Positions 11,901-24,560 of a stretch of 64,000 nt of DNA are shown piece after piece. The stretch covers positions 131,006,001-131,070,000 of the forward strand of contig OZ024743.1 of assembly GCA_964016885.1 (NCBI GenBank). Direction: 5' to 3'. Each line of letters opens with the position of its first letter. Within the stretch, counting starts at the first letter, position 1. The DNA comes from Eledone cirrhosa (lineage: Eukaryota). A program made the position numbers and the translations under genes. The notes beneath the pieces were generated by a model that saw nothing but the letters and a program-made list of their open reading frames with translations, made no database searches and had not been told where the DNA came from.

Positions 11901-14900
11901 TTGGTGTTTGGTGTTTGGTGCTTGGTGCTTTGTGTTTGGTGCTTGGTGATTAGTGTTTGGTGCTTGGTACTTGGTGTTTGGTGCTTGGTGTTTGGTGTTT
12001 GCTGTTTGGTGTTTGGTGTTTGGTGTTTGCTGTTTGGTGTCTGCTTTTTGGTGTTTGGTGTTTGCTGTATGGTGTTTGCTGTTTCGTGTTTGGTGTTTGC
12101 TGTTTGGTGTTTGGTGTTTGCTGTTTGGTGTTTGGTCTTTGGTGCTTGGTGTTTGGAGCTTGGTGCTTGGTGTTTGGTGTTTGGTGCTTGGTGCTTGGTG
12201 CTTGGTGTTTGGTGCTTGGTGTCTGGTGCTTGGTGTCTGGTGCTTGGTGTTTGGTGTTTGGTGTTTGGTGCTTGGTGTTTGGTGTTTGGTGTTTGGTGTT
12301 TGGTGCTTGTTGCTTGGTGCTTGGTGCTTGGTGTTTGGTGCTTGGTGCTTGGTGTTTGGTGCTGGGTGCTTGGTGTTTGGTGCTTGGTGCTTGGTGCTTG
12401 GTGTTTGGTGTTTGGTGTTATATGCTTGGTGTTTGATGCTTGGTGCTTGGTGCTTGGTGTTTGGTGTTTGGTGCTTGGTGTTTTATGCTTGGTGTTTGAT
12501 GTTTGGTGCTTGGTGCTTGGTGTTTGGTGCTTGGTGCTTGGTGTTTGTACTTGGTGCTTGGTGCTTGGTTCTTGGTGTTTGGTGCTTGGTGCTTGGTGCT
12601 TGGTGCTTGGTGTTTGGTGCTTGGTGTTTGGTGCTTGGTGTTTGGTGCTTGGTGCCTGGTGCTTGGTGCTTGGTGCTTGGTGTTTGGTGCTTGGTGTTTG
12701 CTGCTTGGTATTAGGTGTTTGGTGCTTGGTGCTTGGTGTTTGGTGTTTGGTGCTTGGTGTTTGGTGCTTGGTGTTTGGTGTTTGGTGCTTGGTGTTTGGT
12801 GCTTGGTACTTGGTGCTTGGTGCTTGGTGTTAGGTGTTTGGTGCTTGGTGCTTGGTGTTTGGTTTTTGGTGCTTGGTGCTTGGTGTTTGGTGTTTGGTGC
12901 TTGCTGCTGGCTGCTTGGTGTTTGGTGCTTGGTGATTGGTGCTTGGTGTTTGGTGCTTGGTGTTTGGTGTTTGGTACTAGGTGCTTGGTGCTTGGTGTTT
13001 GGTGCTTGGTGCTTGGTGTTTGGTGCTTGGTGCTGGGTTCTGGGTGGTTGGTGTTTGGTGCTTGGTGTTTGGTGCTGGGTGCTTGGTGTTTGGTGCTTGG
13101 TGCTTGGTCTTTGGTGTTTGGTGTTTGGTGTTTGAGGCTTAGTGCTTGGTGCTTGGTGTTTGGTGCTTGGTGCTTGGTGTTTGGTGCTTGGTGCTTAGTG
13201 TTTGGTGCTAGGTGCTTGGTGCTTGGTGCTTGGTGTTTGGTGCTTGGTGCTTGGTGTTTGGTGTTTCCTGTTTGCTGTTTGGTGTTTGGTGTTTGGTGTT
13301 TGCTGTTTGGTGTCTGCTTTTTGGTGTTTGGTGTTTGCTGTATGTTATTTGCTGTTTGGTGTTTGGTGTTTGGTGTTTGGTGCTTGGTGCTTAGTGTTTG
13401 GTGCTTGGTGCTTGGTGTTTGGTGCCTGGTGCTTGGGGCTTGGTGTTTGGTGTTTGGTGCTTGGTGCTTGGAGTTTGGTGTTTGGTGCTTGGTGCTTGGT
13501 GTTTTGTGTTTGGTTTTTGGTTTTTGGTGCTTGGTGCTTGGTGCTTGGTGCTTGGTCCTTGGTGTTTGGTGCTTGGTGCTTGGTGTTTGTACTTGGTGCT
13601 TGGTTCTTGGTGTTTGGTTCTTGGTTCCTGGTGTTTGGTACTTGGTGCTTGGTGCTTGGTGTTTGGTGCTTGGTGCTTGGTGTTTGGTGTTTGGTGTTTG
13701 GTGCTTGGTGCTTGGTGTTTGGTGCTTGGTGCTTGGTGCTGGGTGGTTGGTATTTGGTGCTTGGTGCTTGGTGTTTGGTGCTTGGTGCTTGGTGCTTGGT
13801 GTTTGGTGCTTGGTGCTTGGTGCTTGGTCTTTGGTGCTTGGTGTTTGGTGTTTGGTGCTTGGTGCTTTGTGTTTGGTGCTTGGTGATTAGTGTTTGGTGC
13901 TTGGTACTTGGTGTTTGGTGCTTGGTGTTTGGTGTTTGCTGTTTGGTGTTTGGTGTTTGGTGTTTGCTGTTTGGTGTCTGCTTTTTGGTGTTTGGTGTTT
14001 GCTGTATGGTGTTTGCTGTTTCGTGTTTGGTGTTTGCTGTTTGGTGTTTGGTGTTTGCTGTTTGGTGTTTGGTCTTTGGTGCTTGGTGTTTGGTGCTTGG
14101 TGCTTGGTGTTTGGTGTTTGGTGCTTGGTGTTTGGTGTTTGGTGCTTGGTGCTTGGTGCTTGGTGTTTGGTGCTTGGTGTCTGGTGCTTGGTGTCTGGTG
14201 CTTGGTGTTTGGTGTTTGGTGTTTGGTGCTTGGTGTTTGGTGTTTGGTGCTTGTTGCTTGGTGCTTGGTGCTTGGTGTTTGGTGCTTGGTACTTGGTGTT
14301 TGGTGCTGGGTGCTTGGTGTTTGGTGCTTGGTGCTTGGTGTTTGTTGTTTGGTGCTTGGTGCTTGGTGTTTGGTGTTTGGTGTTATATGCTTGGTGTTTC
14401 GTGCTAGGTGCATGGTGCTTGGTGTTTGGTGCTTGGTGCTTGGTGCTTGGTCTTTGGTGTTTGGTGTTTAGTGCTTGGTGCTTGGTGCTTGGTGCTTGGT
14501 GCTTGGTGCTTGGTCCTTGGTGTTTGGTGCTTGGTGCTTGGTGTTTGGTGTTTGGTGCTTGGTGCTTGGTGCTTCGTGTTTGGTGTTTGGTGCTTGGTGT
14601 CTGGAGCTTGGTGTTTGGTGTTTGGTGCTTGGTGTTTGGTGTTTGGTGCTTGGTGCTTGGTGTTTGGTGCTTGGTGCTTGGTGTTTGTACTTGGTGCTTG
14701 GTGCTTGGTGTTTGGTGCTTGGTTCTTGGTGTTTGGTGCTTGGTGTTTGGAGCTTGGTGCTTGGTGTTTGGTGCTTGGTGCTTGGTGTTTGTACTTGGTG
14801 CTTGGTGCTTGGTGTTTGGTGCTTGGTTCTTGGTGTTTGGTGCTTGGTGTTTGGAGCTTGGTGCTTGGTGTTTGGTGCTTGGTGCTTGGTGTTTGGTGTT

Positions 14901-15639
14901 TGGTGCTTGGTGCTTGGAGTTTGGTGTTTGGTGCTTGGTGTTTGGTGTTTGGTGTTTGGTGCTTGGTGCTTGGTGTTTGTTGCTTGGTACTTGGTGCATG
15001 GTGTTTGGTGCTGGGTGCTTGGTGTTTTGTGCTTGGTTCTTGGTGTTTGGTGTTTGGTGCTTGGTACTTGGTGTCTGGAGCTTGGTGTTTGGTGTTTGGT
15101 GCTTGGTGTTTGGTGCTTGGTGCTTGGTGTTTGGTGTTTGGTGTTTGATGCTTGGTGTTTTATGCTTGGTGCTTGGTGTTTGGTGCTTGGTGTTTGTATT
15201 TGGTGCTTGCTGCTTGGTGTTCTGTGCTTGGTTCTTGGTGTTTGGTGTTTGGTGCTTGGTACTTGGTGCTTGGTGTTTGTTGCTTGGTGCTTGGTGTTTG
15301 GTGTTTGGTGCCTGGTGCTTGGTGTTTGGTGTTTGGTGCTTGGTGTTTGGTGTTTGGTGCTTGGTGCTTGGTGTTTGTTGCTTGGTACTTGGTGCATCGT
15401 GTTTGGTGCTGGGTGCTTGGTGTTTGGTGCTTGGTGTTTGGTGCTTGGTGCTTGGTGTTTGGTGTTTGGTGTTTGATGCTTGGTGTTTTATGCTTGGTGC
15501 TTGGTGTTTGGTGCTTGGTGTTTGTACTTGGTGCTTGGTGCTTGGTGTTTTGTGCTTGGTTCTTGGGGTTTGGTGTTTGGTGCTTGGTACTTGGTGCTTG
15601 GTGTTAGGTGTTTGGTGCTTGGTGCTTGGTGTTTGGTGT

Positions 15640-16815
15640 TTGGTCCTTGGTGCTTGGTGCTTGGTGTTTAGTGCTTGGTGCTTGGTGTTTGTTGTTTGGT
15701 GCTTTCTGTTTGCTGCTTGGTGTTTGCTGCTTGGTGCTTGGTGCTTGGTGTTTGGTGTTTGGTGCTAGGTGCTTGGTGTTTGGTGTTTGGTGTTTGATGC
15801 TTGGTGTTTGGTGCTTGGTGTTTGGTGCTTGGTGCTTGGGGCTTGGTGTTTGGTGCTTGGTGCTTGGTGCTTGGTGTTTGGTGCTTGGTGCTTGGTGTTT
15901 GGTGTTTGGTGTTTGGTGCTTGGTGCTTGGTGCTGGGTGGTTGGTATTTGGTGCTTGGTGCTTGGTGTTTGGTGCTTGGTGCTTGGTGCTTGGTGTTTGG
16001 TGCTTGGTGCTTGGTGCTTGGTCTTTGGTGCTTGGTGTTTGGTGTTTGGTGCTTGGTGCTTTGTGTTTGGTGCTTGGTGATTAGTGTTTGGTGCTTGGTA
16101 CTTGGTGTTTGGTGCTTGGTGTTTGGTGTTTGCTGTTTGGTGTTTGGTGTTTGGTGTTTGCTGTTTGGTGTCTGCTTTTTGGTGTTTGGTGTTTGTTGTA
16201 TGTTATTTGCTGTTTGGTGTTTGGTGTTTGGTCCTTGGTGCTTGGTGCTTGGTGTTTAGTGCTTGGTGCTTGGTGTTTGTTGTTTGGTGCTTTCTGTTTG
16301 CTGCTTGGTGTTTGCTGCTTGGTGCTTGGTGCTTGGTGTTTGGTGTTTGGTGCTAGGTGCTTGGTGTTTGGTGTTTGGTGTTTGATGCTTGGTGTTTGGT
16401 GCTTGGTGTTTGGTGCTTGGTGCTTGGGGCTTGGTGTTTGGTGCTTGGTGCTTGGTGCTTGGTGTTTGGTGCTTGGTGCTTGGTGTTTGGTGTTTGGTGT
16501 TTGGTGCTTGGTGCTTGGTGCTGGGTGGTTGGTATTTGGTGCTTGGTGCTTGGTGTTTGGTGCTTGGTGCTTGGTGCTTGGTGTTTGGTGCTTGGTGCTT
16601 GGTGCTTGGTCTTTGGTGCTTGGTGTTTGGTGTTTGGTGCTTGGTGCTTTGTGTTTGGTGCTTGGTGATTAGTGTTTGGTGCTTGGTACTTGGTGTTTGG
16701 TGCTTGGTGTTTGGTGTTTGCTGTTTGGTGTTTGGTGTTTGGTGTTTGCTGTTTGGTGTCTGCTTTTTGGTGTTTGGTGTTTGTTGTATGTTATTTGCTG
16801 TTTGGTGTTTGGTGT
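15640..16815. repeat. 588-bp tandem duplication (exactly 84 heptamers)
   Basis: Offsets 15769/16357, 15801/16389, 16084/16672; both copies carry the TTGTTGT-ATGTTAT variant. Confidence 0.9.
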
Positions 16816-19019
16816 TTGGTGTTTGGTGCTTGGTGCTTGGTGTTTGGTGCTTGGTGCTTGGTGTTTGGTGCCTGGTGCTTGGGGCTTGCTGTTTGGTGTT
16901 TGGTGCTTGGTGCTTGGAGTTTGGTGTTTGGTGCTTGGTGCTTGGTGTTTTGTGTTTGGTGTTTGGTTTTTGGTGCTTGGTGCTTGGTGCTTGGTGCTTG
17001 GTCCTTGGTGTTTGGTGCTTGGTGCTTGGTGTTTGTACTTGGTGCTTGGTGCTTGGTGTTTGGTTCTTGGTTCCTGGTGTTTGGTACTTGGTGCTTGGTG
17101 CTTGGTGTTTGGTGCTTGGTGCTTGGTGTTTGGTGTTTGGTGTTTGGTGCTTGGTGCTTGGTGTTTGGTGCTTGGTGCTTGGTGCTGGGTGGTTGGTATT
17201 TGGTGCTTGGTGCTTGGTGTTTGGTGCTTGGTGCTTGGTGCTTGGTGTTTGGTGCTTGGTGCTTGGTGCTTGGTCTTTGGTGCTTGGTGTTTGGTGTTTG
17301 GTGCTTGGTGCTTTGTGTTTGGTGCTTGGTGATTAGTGTTTGGTGCTTGGTACTTGGTGTTTGGTGCTTGGTGTTTGGTGTTTGCTGTTTGGTGTTTGGT
17401 GTTTGGTGTTTGCTGTTTGGTGTCTGATTTTGGTGTTTGGTGTTTGCTGTATGGTGTTTGCTGTTTGGTGTTTGGTGTTTGCTGTTTGGTGTTTGGTCTT
17501 TGGTGCTTGGTGTTTGGTGCTTGGTGCTTGGTGTTTGGTGTTTGGTGTTTGGTGCTTGGTGTTTGGTGTTTGGTGCTTGGTGCTTGGTGCTTGGTGTTTG
17601 GTGCTTGGTGTCTGGTGCTTGGTGTCTGGTGCTTGGTGTTTGGTGTTTGGTGTTTGGTGCTTGGTGTTTGGTGTTTGGTGCTTGTTGCTTGGTGCTTGGT
17701 GCTTGGTGTTTGGTGCTTGGTGCTTGGTGTTTGGTGCTGGGTGCTTGGTTTTGGTTCTTGGTGCTTGGTGTTTGGTGTTTGGTGCTTGGTGCTTGGTGTT
17801 TGGTGTTTGGTGTTATATGCTTGGTGTTTGGTGCTTGGTGCTTGGTGTTTGGTGTTTGGTTCTTGATGCTTGGTATTTGGTGCTTGGTGCTTGCTGCTTG
17901 GTGTTTGGTGCTTGGTGATTGATGCTTGGTGTTTGGTGCTTGGTGCTTGGTGTTTGGTTTTTGGTGCTAGGTGCTTGGTGCTTGGTGTTTGGTGCTTGGT
18001 GTTTGGTGTTTGGTGCTTGGTGCTTGGTGTTTGGTACTTGGTGCTTGGTGCTTGGTGTTTGGTGCTTGGTGCTTGGTGTTTGGTGTTTGGTGTTTGGTGC
18101 TTGGTGCTTGGTGTTTGGTGCTTGGTGCTGGGTGGTTGGTGTTTGGTGCTTGGTGCTTGGTGTTTCGTGCTAGGTGCATGGTGCTTGGTGTTTGGTGCTT
18201 GGTGCTTGGTGCTTGGTCTTTGGTGTTTGGTGTTTAGTGCTTGGTGCTTGGTGCTTGGTGCTTGGTGCTTGGTGATTGGTGTTTGGTGCTTGGTGTTTGG
18301 TGTTTGGTGCTTGGTGCTTGGTGCTTCGTGTTTGGTGTTTGGTGCTTGGTGTCTGGAGCTTGGTGTTTGGTGTTTGGTGCTTGGTGTTTGGTGTTTGGTG
18401 CTTGGTGCTTGGTGTTTGGTGCTTGGTGCTTGGTGTTTGTACTTGGTGCTTGGTGCTTGGTGTTTGGTGCTTGGTTCTTGGTGTTTGGTGCTTGGTGTTT
18501 GGAGCTTGGTGCTTGGTGTTTGGTGCATGGTGCTTGGTGTTTGTACTTGGTGCTTGGTGCTTGGTGTTTGGTGCTTGGTTCTTGGTGTTTGGTGCTTGGT
18601 GTTTGGAGCTTGGTGCTTTGTGTTTGGTGCTTGGTGCTTGGTGTTTGGTGTTTGGTGCTTGGTGCTTGGTGTTTGGTGTTTGGTGCTTGGTGTTTGGTGT
18701 TTGGTGTTTGGTGCTTGGTGCTTGCTGTTTGTTGCTTGGTACTTGGTGCATGGTGTTTGGTGCTGGGTGCTTGGTGTTTTGTGCTTGGTTCTTGGTGTTT
18801 GGTGTTTGGTGCTTGGTACTTGGTGTCTGGAGCTTGGTGTTTGGTGTTTGGTGCTTGGTGTTTGGTGCTTGGTGCTTGGTGTTTGGTGTTTGGTGTTTGA
18901 TGCTTGGTGTTTTATGCTTGGTGCTTGGTGTTTGGTGCTTGGTGTTTGTATTTGGTGCTTGGTGCTTGGTGTTTTGTGCTTGGTTCTTGGTGTTTGGTGT
19001 TTGGTGCTTGGTATTTGGT

Positions 19020-22000
19020 GCTTGGTGTTTGGTGCTTGGTGCTTGGTGTTTGGTGTTTGGTGCCTGGTGCTTGGTGTTTGGTGTTTGGTGCTTGGTGTTT
19101 GGTGTTTGGTGCTTGGTGCTTGGTGTTTGTTGCTTGGTACTTGGTGCATGGTGCTTGGTGCTGGGTGCTTGGTGTTTGGTGCTTGGTGTTTGGTGCTTGG
19201 TGCTTGGTGTTTGGTGTTTGGTGTTTGATGGTTGGTGTTTTATGCTTGGTGCTTGGTGTTTGGTGCTTGGTGTTTGTACTTGGTGCTTGGTGCTTGGTGT
19301 TTTGTGCTTGGTTCTTGGGGTTTGGTGTTTGGTGCTTGGTACTTGGTGCTTGGTGTTAGGTGTTTGGTGCTTGGTGCTTGGTGTTTGGTGTTTGGTCCTT
19401 GGTGCTTGGTGTTTGGTGCTTGGTGTTTGGTGTTTGGTGCTAGGTGCTTGGTGTTTGGTGTTTGGTGTTTGATGCTTGGTGTTTGGTGCTTGGTGTTTGG
19501 TGCTTGGTGCTTGGGGCTTGGTGTTTGGTGCTTGGTGCTTGGTGCTTGGTGTTTGGTGCTTGGTGCTTGGTGTTTGGTGTTTGGTGTTTGGTGCTTGGTG
19601 CTTGGTGTTTGGTGCTTGGTGCTTGGTGCTGGGTGGTTGGTATTTGGTGCTTGGTGCTTGGTGTTTGGTGCTTGGTGCTTGGTGCTTGGTGTTTGGTGCT
19701 TGGTGCTTGGTGCTTGGTCTTTGGTGCTTGGTGTTTGGTGTTTGGTGCTTGGTGCTTTGTGTTTGGTGCTTGGTGATTAGTGTTTGGTGCTTGGTACTTG
19801 GTGTTTGGTGCTTGGTGTTTGGTGTTTGCTGTTTGGTGTTTGGTGTTTGGTGTTTGCTGTTTGGTGTCTGCTTTTTGGTGTTTGGTGTTTGCTGTATGGT
19901 GTTTGCTGTTTCGTGTTTGGTGTTTGCTGTTTGGTGTTTGGTGTTTGCTGTTTGGTGTTTGGTCTTTGGTGCTTGGTGTTTGGTGCTTGGTGCTTGGTGT
20001 TTGGTGTTTGGTGCTTGGTGTTTGGTGTTTGGTGCTTGGTGCTTGGTGCTTGGTGTTTGGTGCGTGGTGTCTGGTGCTTGGTGTCTGGTGCTTGGTGTTT
20101 GGTGTTTGGTGTTTGGTGCTTGGTGTTTGGTGTTTGGTGTTTGGTGTTTGGTGCTTGTTGCTTGGTGCTTGGTGCTTGGTGTTTGGTGCTTGGTGCTTGG
20201 TGTTTGGTGCTGGGTGCTTGGTGTTTGGTACTTGGTGCTTGGTGTTTGGTGTTTGGTGCTTGGTGCTTGGTGTTTGGTGTTTGGTGTTATATGCTTGGTG
20301 TTTGGTGCTTGGTGCTTGGTGTTTGGTGTTTGGTTCTTGATGCTTGGTATTTGGTGCTTGGTGCTTGCTGCTTGGTGTTTGGTGCTTGGTGATTGATGCT
20401 TGGTGTTTGGTGCTTGGTGCTTGGTGTTTGGTTTTTGGTGCTAGGTGCTTGGTGCTTGGTGTTTGGTGCTTGGTGTTTGGTGTTTGGTGCTTGGTGCTTG
20501 GTGTTTGGTACTTGGTGCTTGGTGCTTGGTGTTTGGTGCTGGGTGCTTGGTGTTTGGTGTTTGGTGTTTGGTGCTTGGTGCTTGGTGTTTGGTGCTTGGT
20601 GCTTGGTGCTGGGTGGTTGGTGTTTGGTGCTTGGTGCTTGGTGTTTCGTGCTAGGTGCATGGTGCTTGGTGTTTGATGCTTGGTGCTTGGTGCTTGGTCT
20701 TTGGTGTTTGGTGTTTAGTGCTTGGTGCTTGGTGCTTGGTGCTTGGTCCTTGGTTTTTGGTGCTTGGTGCTTGGTGTTTGGTGTTTGGTGCTTGGTGCTT
20801 GGTGCTTTGTGTTTGGTGTTTGGTGCTTGGTGTCTGGAGCTTGGTGTTTGGTGTTTGGTGCTTGGTGTTTGGTGTTTGGTGCTTGGTGCTTGGTGTTTGG
20901 TGCTTGGTGCTTGGTGTTTGTACTTGTTGCTTGGTGCTTGGTGTTTGGTGCTTGGTTCTTGGTGTTTGGTGCTTGGTGTTTGGAGCTTGGTGCTTGGTGT
21001 TTGGTGCTTGGTGCTTGGTGTTTGTACTTGGTGCTTGGTGCTTGGTGTTTGGTGCTTGGTGCTTGGTGTTTGGTGTTTGGTGCTTGGTGCTTGGTGTTTG
21101 GTGTTTGGTGCTTGGTGTTTGGTGTTTGGTGCTTGGTGCTTGGTGTTTGTTGCTTGGTACTTGGTGCATGGTGTTTGGTGCTGGGTGCTTGGTGTTTGGT
21201 GCTTGGTGTTTGGTGCTTGGTGCTTGGTGTTTGGTGTTTGGTGTTTGATGCTTGGTGTTTTATGCTTGGTGCTTGGTGTTTGGTGCTTGGTGTTTGTACT
21301 TGGTGCTTGGTGCTTGGTGTTTTGTGCTTGGTTCTTGGTGTTTGGTGTTTGGTGCTTGGTACTTGGTGCTTGGTGTTTGGTGTTCGGTCCTTGGTGCTTG
21401 GTGCTTGGTGTTTAGTGCTTGGTGCTTGGTGTTTGTTGTTTGGTGCTTTCTGTTTGCTGCTTGGTGTTTGCTACTTGGTGCTTGGTGCTTGGTGTTTGGT
21501 GTTTGGTGCTAGGTGCTTGGTGTTTGGTGTTTGGTGTTTGATGCTTGGTGTTTGGTGCTTGGTGTTTGGTGCTTGGTGCTTGGGGCTTGGTGTTTGGTGC
21601 TTGGTGCTTGGTGCTTGGTGTTTGGTGCTTGGTGCTTGGTGTTTGGTGTTTGGTGTTTGGTGCTTGGTGCTTGGTGTTTGGTGCTTGGTGCTTGGTGCTG
21701 GGTGGTTGGTATTTGGTGATTGGTGCTTGGTGCTTGGTGTTTGGTGCTTGGTGCTTGGTGCTTGGTCTTTGGTGCTTGGTGTTTGGTGCTTGGTGCTTGG
21801 TGTTTGGTGTTTGGTGCCTGGTGCTTGGTGTTTGGTGTTTGGTGCTTGGTGTTTGGTGTTTGGTGCTTGGTGCTTGGTGTTTGTTGCTTGGTACTTGGTG
21901 CATGGTGCTTGGTGCTGGGTGCTTGGTGTTTGGTGCTTGGTGTTTGGTGCTTGGTGCTTGGTGTTTGGTGTTTGGTGTTTGATGCTTGGTGTTTTATGCT

Positions 22001-24560
22001 TGGTGCTTGGTGTTTGGTGCTTGGTGTTTGTACTTGGTGCTTGGTGCTTGGTGTTTTGTGCTTGGTTCTTGGGGTTTCGTTTTTGGTGCTTGGTACTTGG
22101 TGCTTGGTGTTAGGTGTTTGGTGCTTGGTGCTTGGTGTTTGGTGTTTGGTCCTTGGTGCTTGGTGTTTGGTGCTTGGTGTTTGGTGTTTGGTGCTAGGTG
22201 CTTGGTGTTTGGTGTTTGGTGTTTGATGCTTGGTGTTTGGTGCTTGGTGTTTGGTGCTTGGTGCTTGGGGCTTGGTGTTTGGTGCTTGGTGCTTGGTGCT
22301 TGGTGTTTGGTGCTTGGTGCTTGGTGTTTGGTGTTTGGTGTTTGGTGCTTGGTGCTTGGTGTTTGGTGCTTGGTGCTTGGTGCTGGGTGGTTGGTATTTG
22401 GTGCTTGGTGCTTGGTGTTTGGTGCTTGGTGCTTGGTGCTTGGTGTTTGGTGCTTGGTGCTTGGTGCTTGGCCTTTGGTGCTTGGTGTTTGGTGTTTGGT
22501 GCTTGGTGCTTTGTGTTTGGTGCTTGGTGATTAGTGTTTGGTGCTTGGTACTTGGTGTTTGGTGCTTGGTGTTTGGTGTTTGCTGTTTGGTGTTTGGTGT
22601 TTGGTGTTTGCTGTTTGGTGTCTGCTTTTTGGTGTTTGGTGTTTGATGTATGGTGTTTGCTGTTTCGTGTTTGGTGTTTGCTGTTTGGTGTTTGGTGTTT
22701 GCTGTTTGGTGTTTGGTCTTTGGTGCTTGGTGTTTGGTGCTTGGTGCTTGGTGTTTGGTGTTTGGTGCTTGGTGTTTGGTGTTTGGTGCTTGGTGCTTGG
22801 TGCTTGGTGTTTGGTGCTTGGTGTCTGGTGCTTGGTGTCTGGTGCTTGGTGTTTGGTGTTTGGTGTTTGGTGCTTGGTGTTTGGTGTTTGGTGTTTGGTG
22901 TTTGGTGCTTGTTGCTTGGTGCTTGGTGCTTGGTGTTTGGTGCTTGGTGCTTGGTGTTTGGTGATGGGTGCTTGGTGTTTGGTGCTTGGTGCTTGGTGTT
23001 TGGTGTTTGGTGCTTGGTGCTTGGTGTTTGGTGTTTGGTGTTATATGCTTGGTGTTTGGTGCTTGGTGCTTGGTGTTTGGTGTTTGGTTCTTGATGCTTG
23101 GTATTTGGTGCTTGGTGCTTGCTGCTTGGTGTTTGGTGCTTGGTGATTGATGCTTGGTGTTTGGTGCTTGGTGCTTGGTGTTTGGTTTTTGGTGCTAGGT
23201 GCTTGGTGCTTGGTGTTTGGTGCTTGGTGTTTGGTGTTTGGTGCTTGGTGCTTGGTGTTTGGTACTTGGTGCTTGGTGCTTGGTGTTTGGTGCTTGGTGC
23301 TTGGTGTTTGGTGTTTGGTGTTTGGTGCTTGGTGCTTGGTGTTTGGTGCTTGGTGCTTGGTGCTGGGTGGTTGGTGTTTGGTGCTTGGTGCTTGGTGTTT
23401 CGTGCTAGGTGCATGGTGCTTGGTGTTTGGTGCTTGGTGCTTGGTGCTTGGTCTTTGGTGTTTGGTGTTTAGTGCTTGGTGCTTGGTGCTTGGTGCTTGG
23501 TCCTTGGTTTTTGGTGCTTGGTGCTTGGTGTTTGGTGTTTGGTGCTTGGTGCTTGGTGCTTCGTGTTTGGTGTTTGGTGCTTGGTGTCTGGAGCTTGGTA
23601 TTTGGTGTTTGGTGCTTGGTGTTTGGTGTTTGGTGCTTGGTGCTTGGTGTTTGGTGCTTGGTGCTTGGTGTTTGTACTTGGTGCTTGGTGCTTGGTGTTT
23701 GGTGCTTGGTTCTTGGTGTTTGTTGCTTGGTGTTTGGAGCTTGGTGCTTGGTGTTTGGTGCTTGGTGCTTGGTGTTTGTACTTGGTGCTTGGTGCTTGGT
23801 GTTTGGTGCTTGGTGCTTGGTGTTTGGTGTTTGGTGCTTGGTGCTTGGTGTTTGGTGTTTGGTGCTTGGTGTTTGGTGTTTGGTGCTTGGTGCTTGGTGT
23901 TTGTTGCTTGGTACTTGGTGCATGGTGTTTGGTGCTGGGTGCTTGGTGTTTGGTGCTTGGTGTTTGGTGCTTGGTGCTTGGTGTTTGGTGTTTGGTGTTT
24001 GATGCTTGGTGTTTTATGCTTGGTGCTTGGTGTTTGGTGCTTGGTGTTTGTACTTGGTGCTTGGTGCTTGGTGTTTTGTGCTTGGTTCTTGGTGTTTGGT
24101 GTTTGGTGCTTGGTACTTGGTGCTTGGTGTTAGGTGTTTGGTGCTTGGTGCTTGGTGTTTGGTGTTCGGTCCTTGGTGCTTGGTGCTTGGTGTTTAGTGC
24201 TTGGTGCTTGGTGTTTGTTGTTTGGTGCTTTCTGTTTGCTGCTTGGTGTTTGCTGCTTGGTGCTTGGTGCTTGGTGTTTGGTGTTTGGTGCTAGGTGCTT
24301 GGTGTTTGGTGTTTGGTGTTTGATGCTTGGTGTTTGGTGCTTGGTGTTTGGTGCTTGGTGCTTGGGGCTTGGTGTTTGGTGCTTGGTGCTTGGTGCTTGG
24401 TGTTTGGTGCTTGGTGCTTGGTGTTTGGTGTTTGGTGTTTGGTGCTTGGTGCTTGGTGTTTGGTGCTTGGTGCTTGGTGCTGGGTGGTTGGTATTTGGTG
24501 ATTGGTGCTTGGTGCTTGGTGTTTGGTGCTTGGTGCTTGGTGCTTGGTCTTTGGTGCTTG
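19020..24560. repeat. Tandem duplication of a 2754-bp unit
   Basis: Offsets 19232/21986, 19444/22198, 19780/22534, 20445/23199, 21252/24006, rising to 2782 after a 28-bp indel. Shared marker TTGGTCC-TTGGTTT at ~20745 and ~23499. Confidence 0.9.

Larger units (their letters stand above)
7080..17230. repeat. Tandem duplication of a 4767-bp unit (second copy carries an internal 588-bp duplication)
   Basis: Constant 4767 offset: 7186/11953, 7948/12715, 9123/13890, 9641/14408, 11317/16084. Shared private junction TATATGC-TTGGTGT-TTCGTGC at ~9617 and ~14384. A few substitutions differ (e.g. GCATGG ~10627 vs GCATCG ~15394). Confidence 0.92.
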
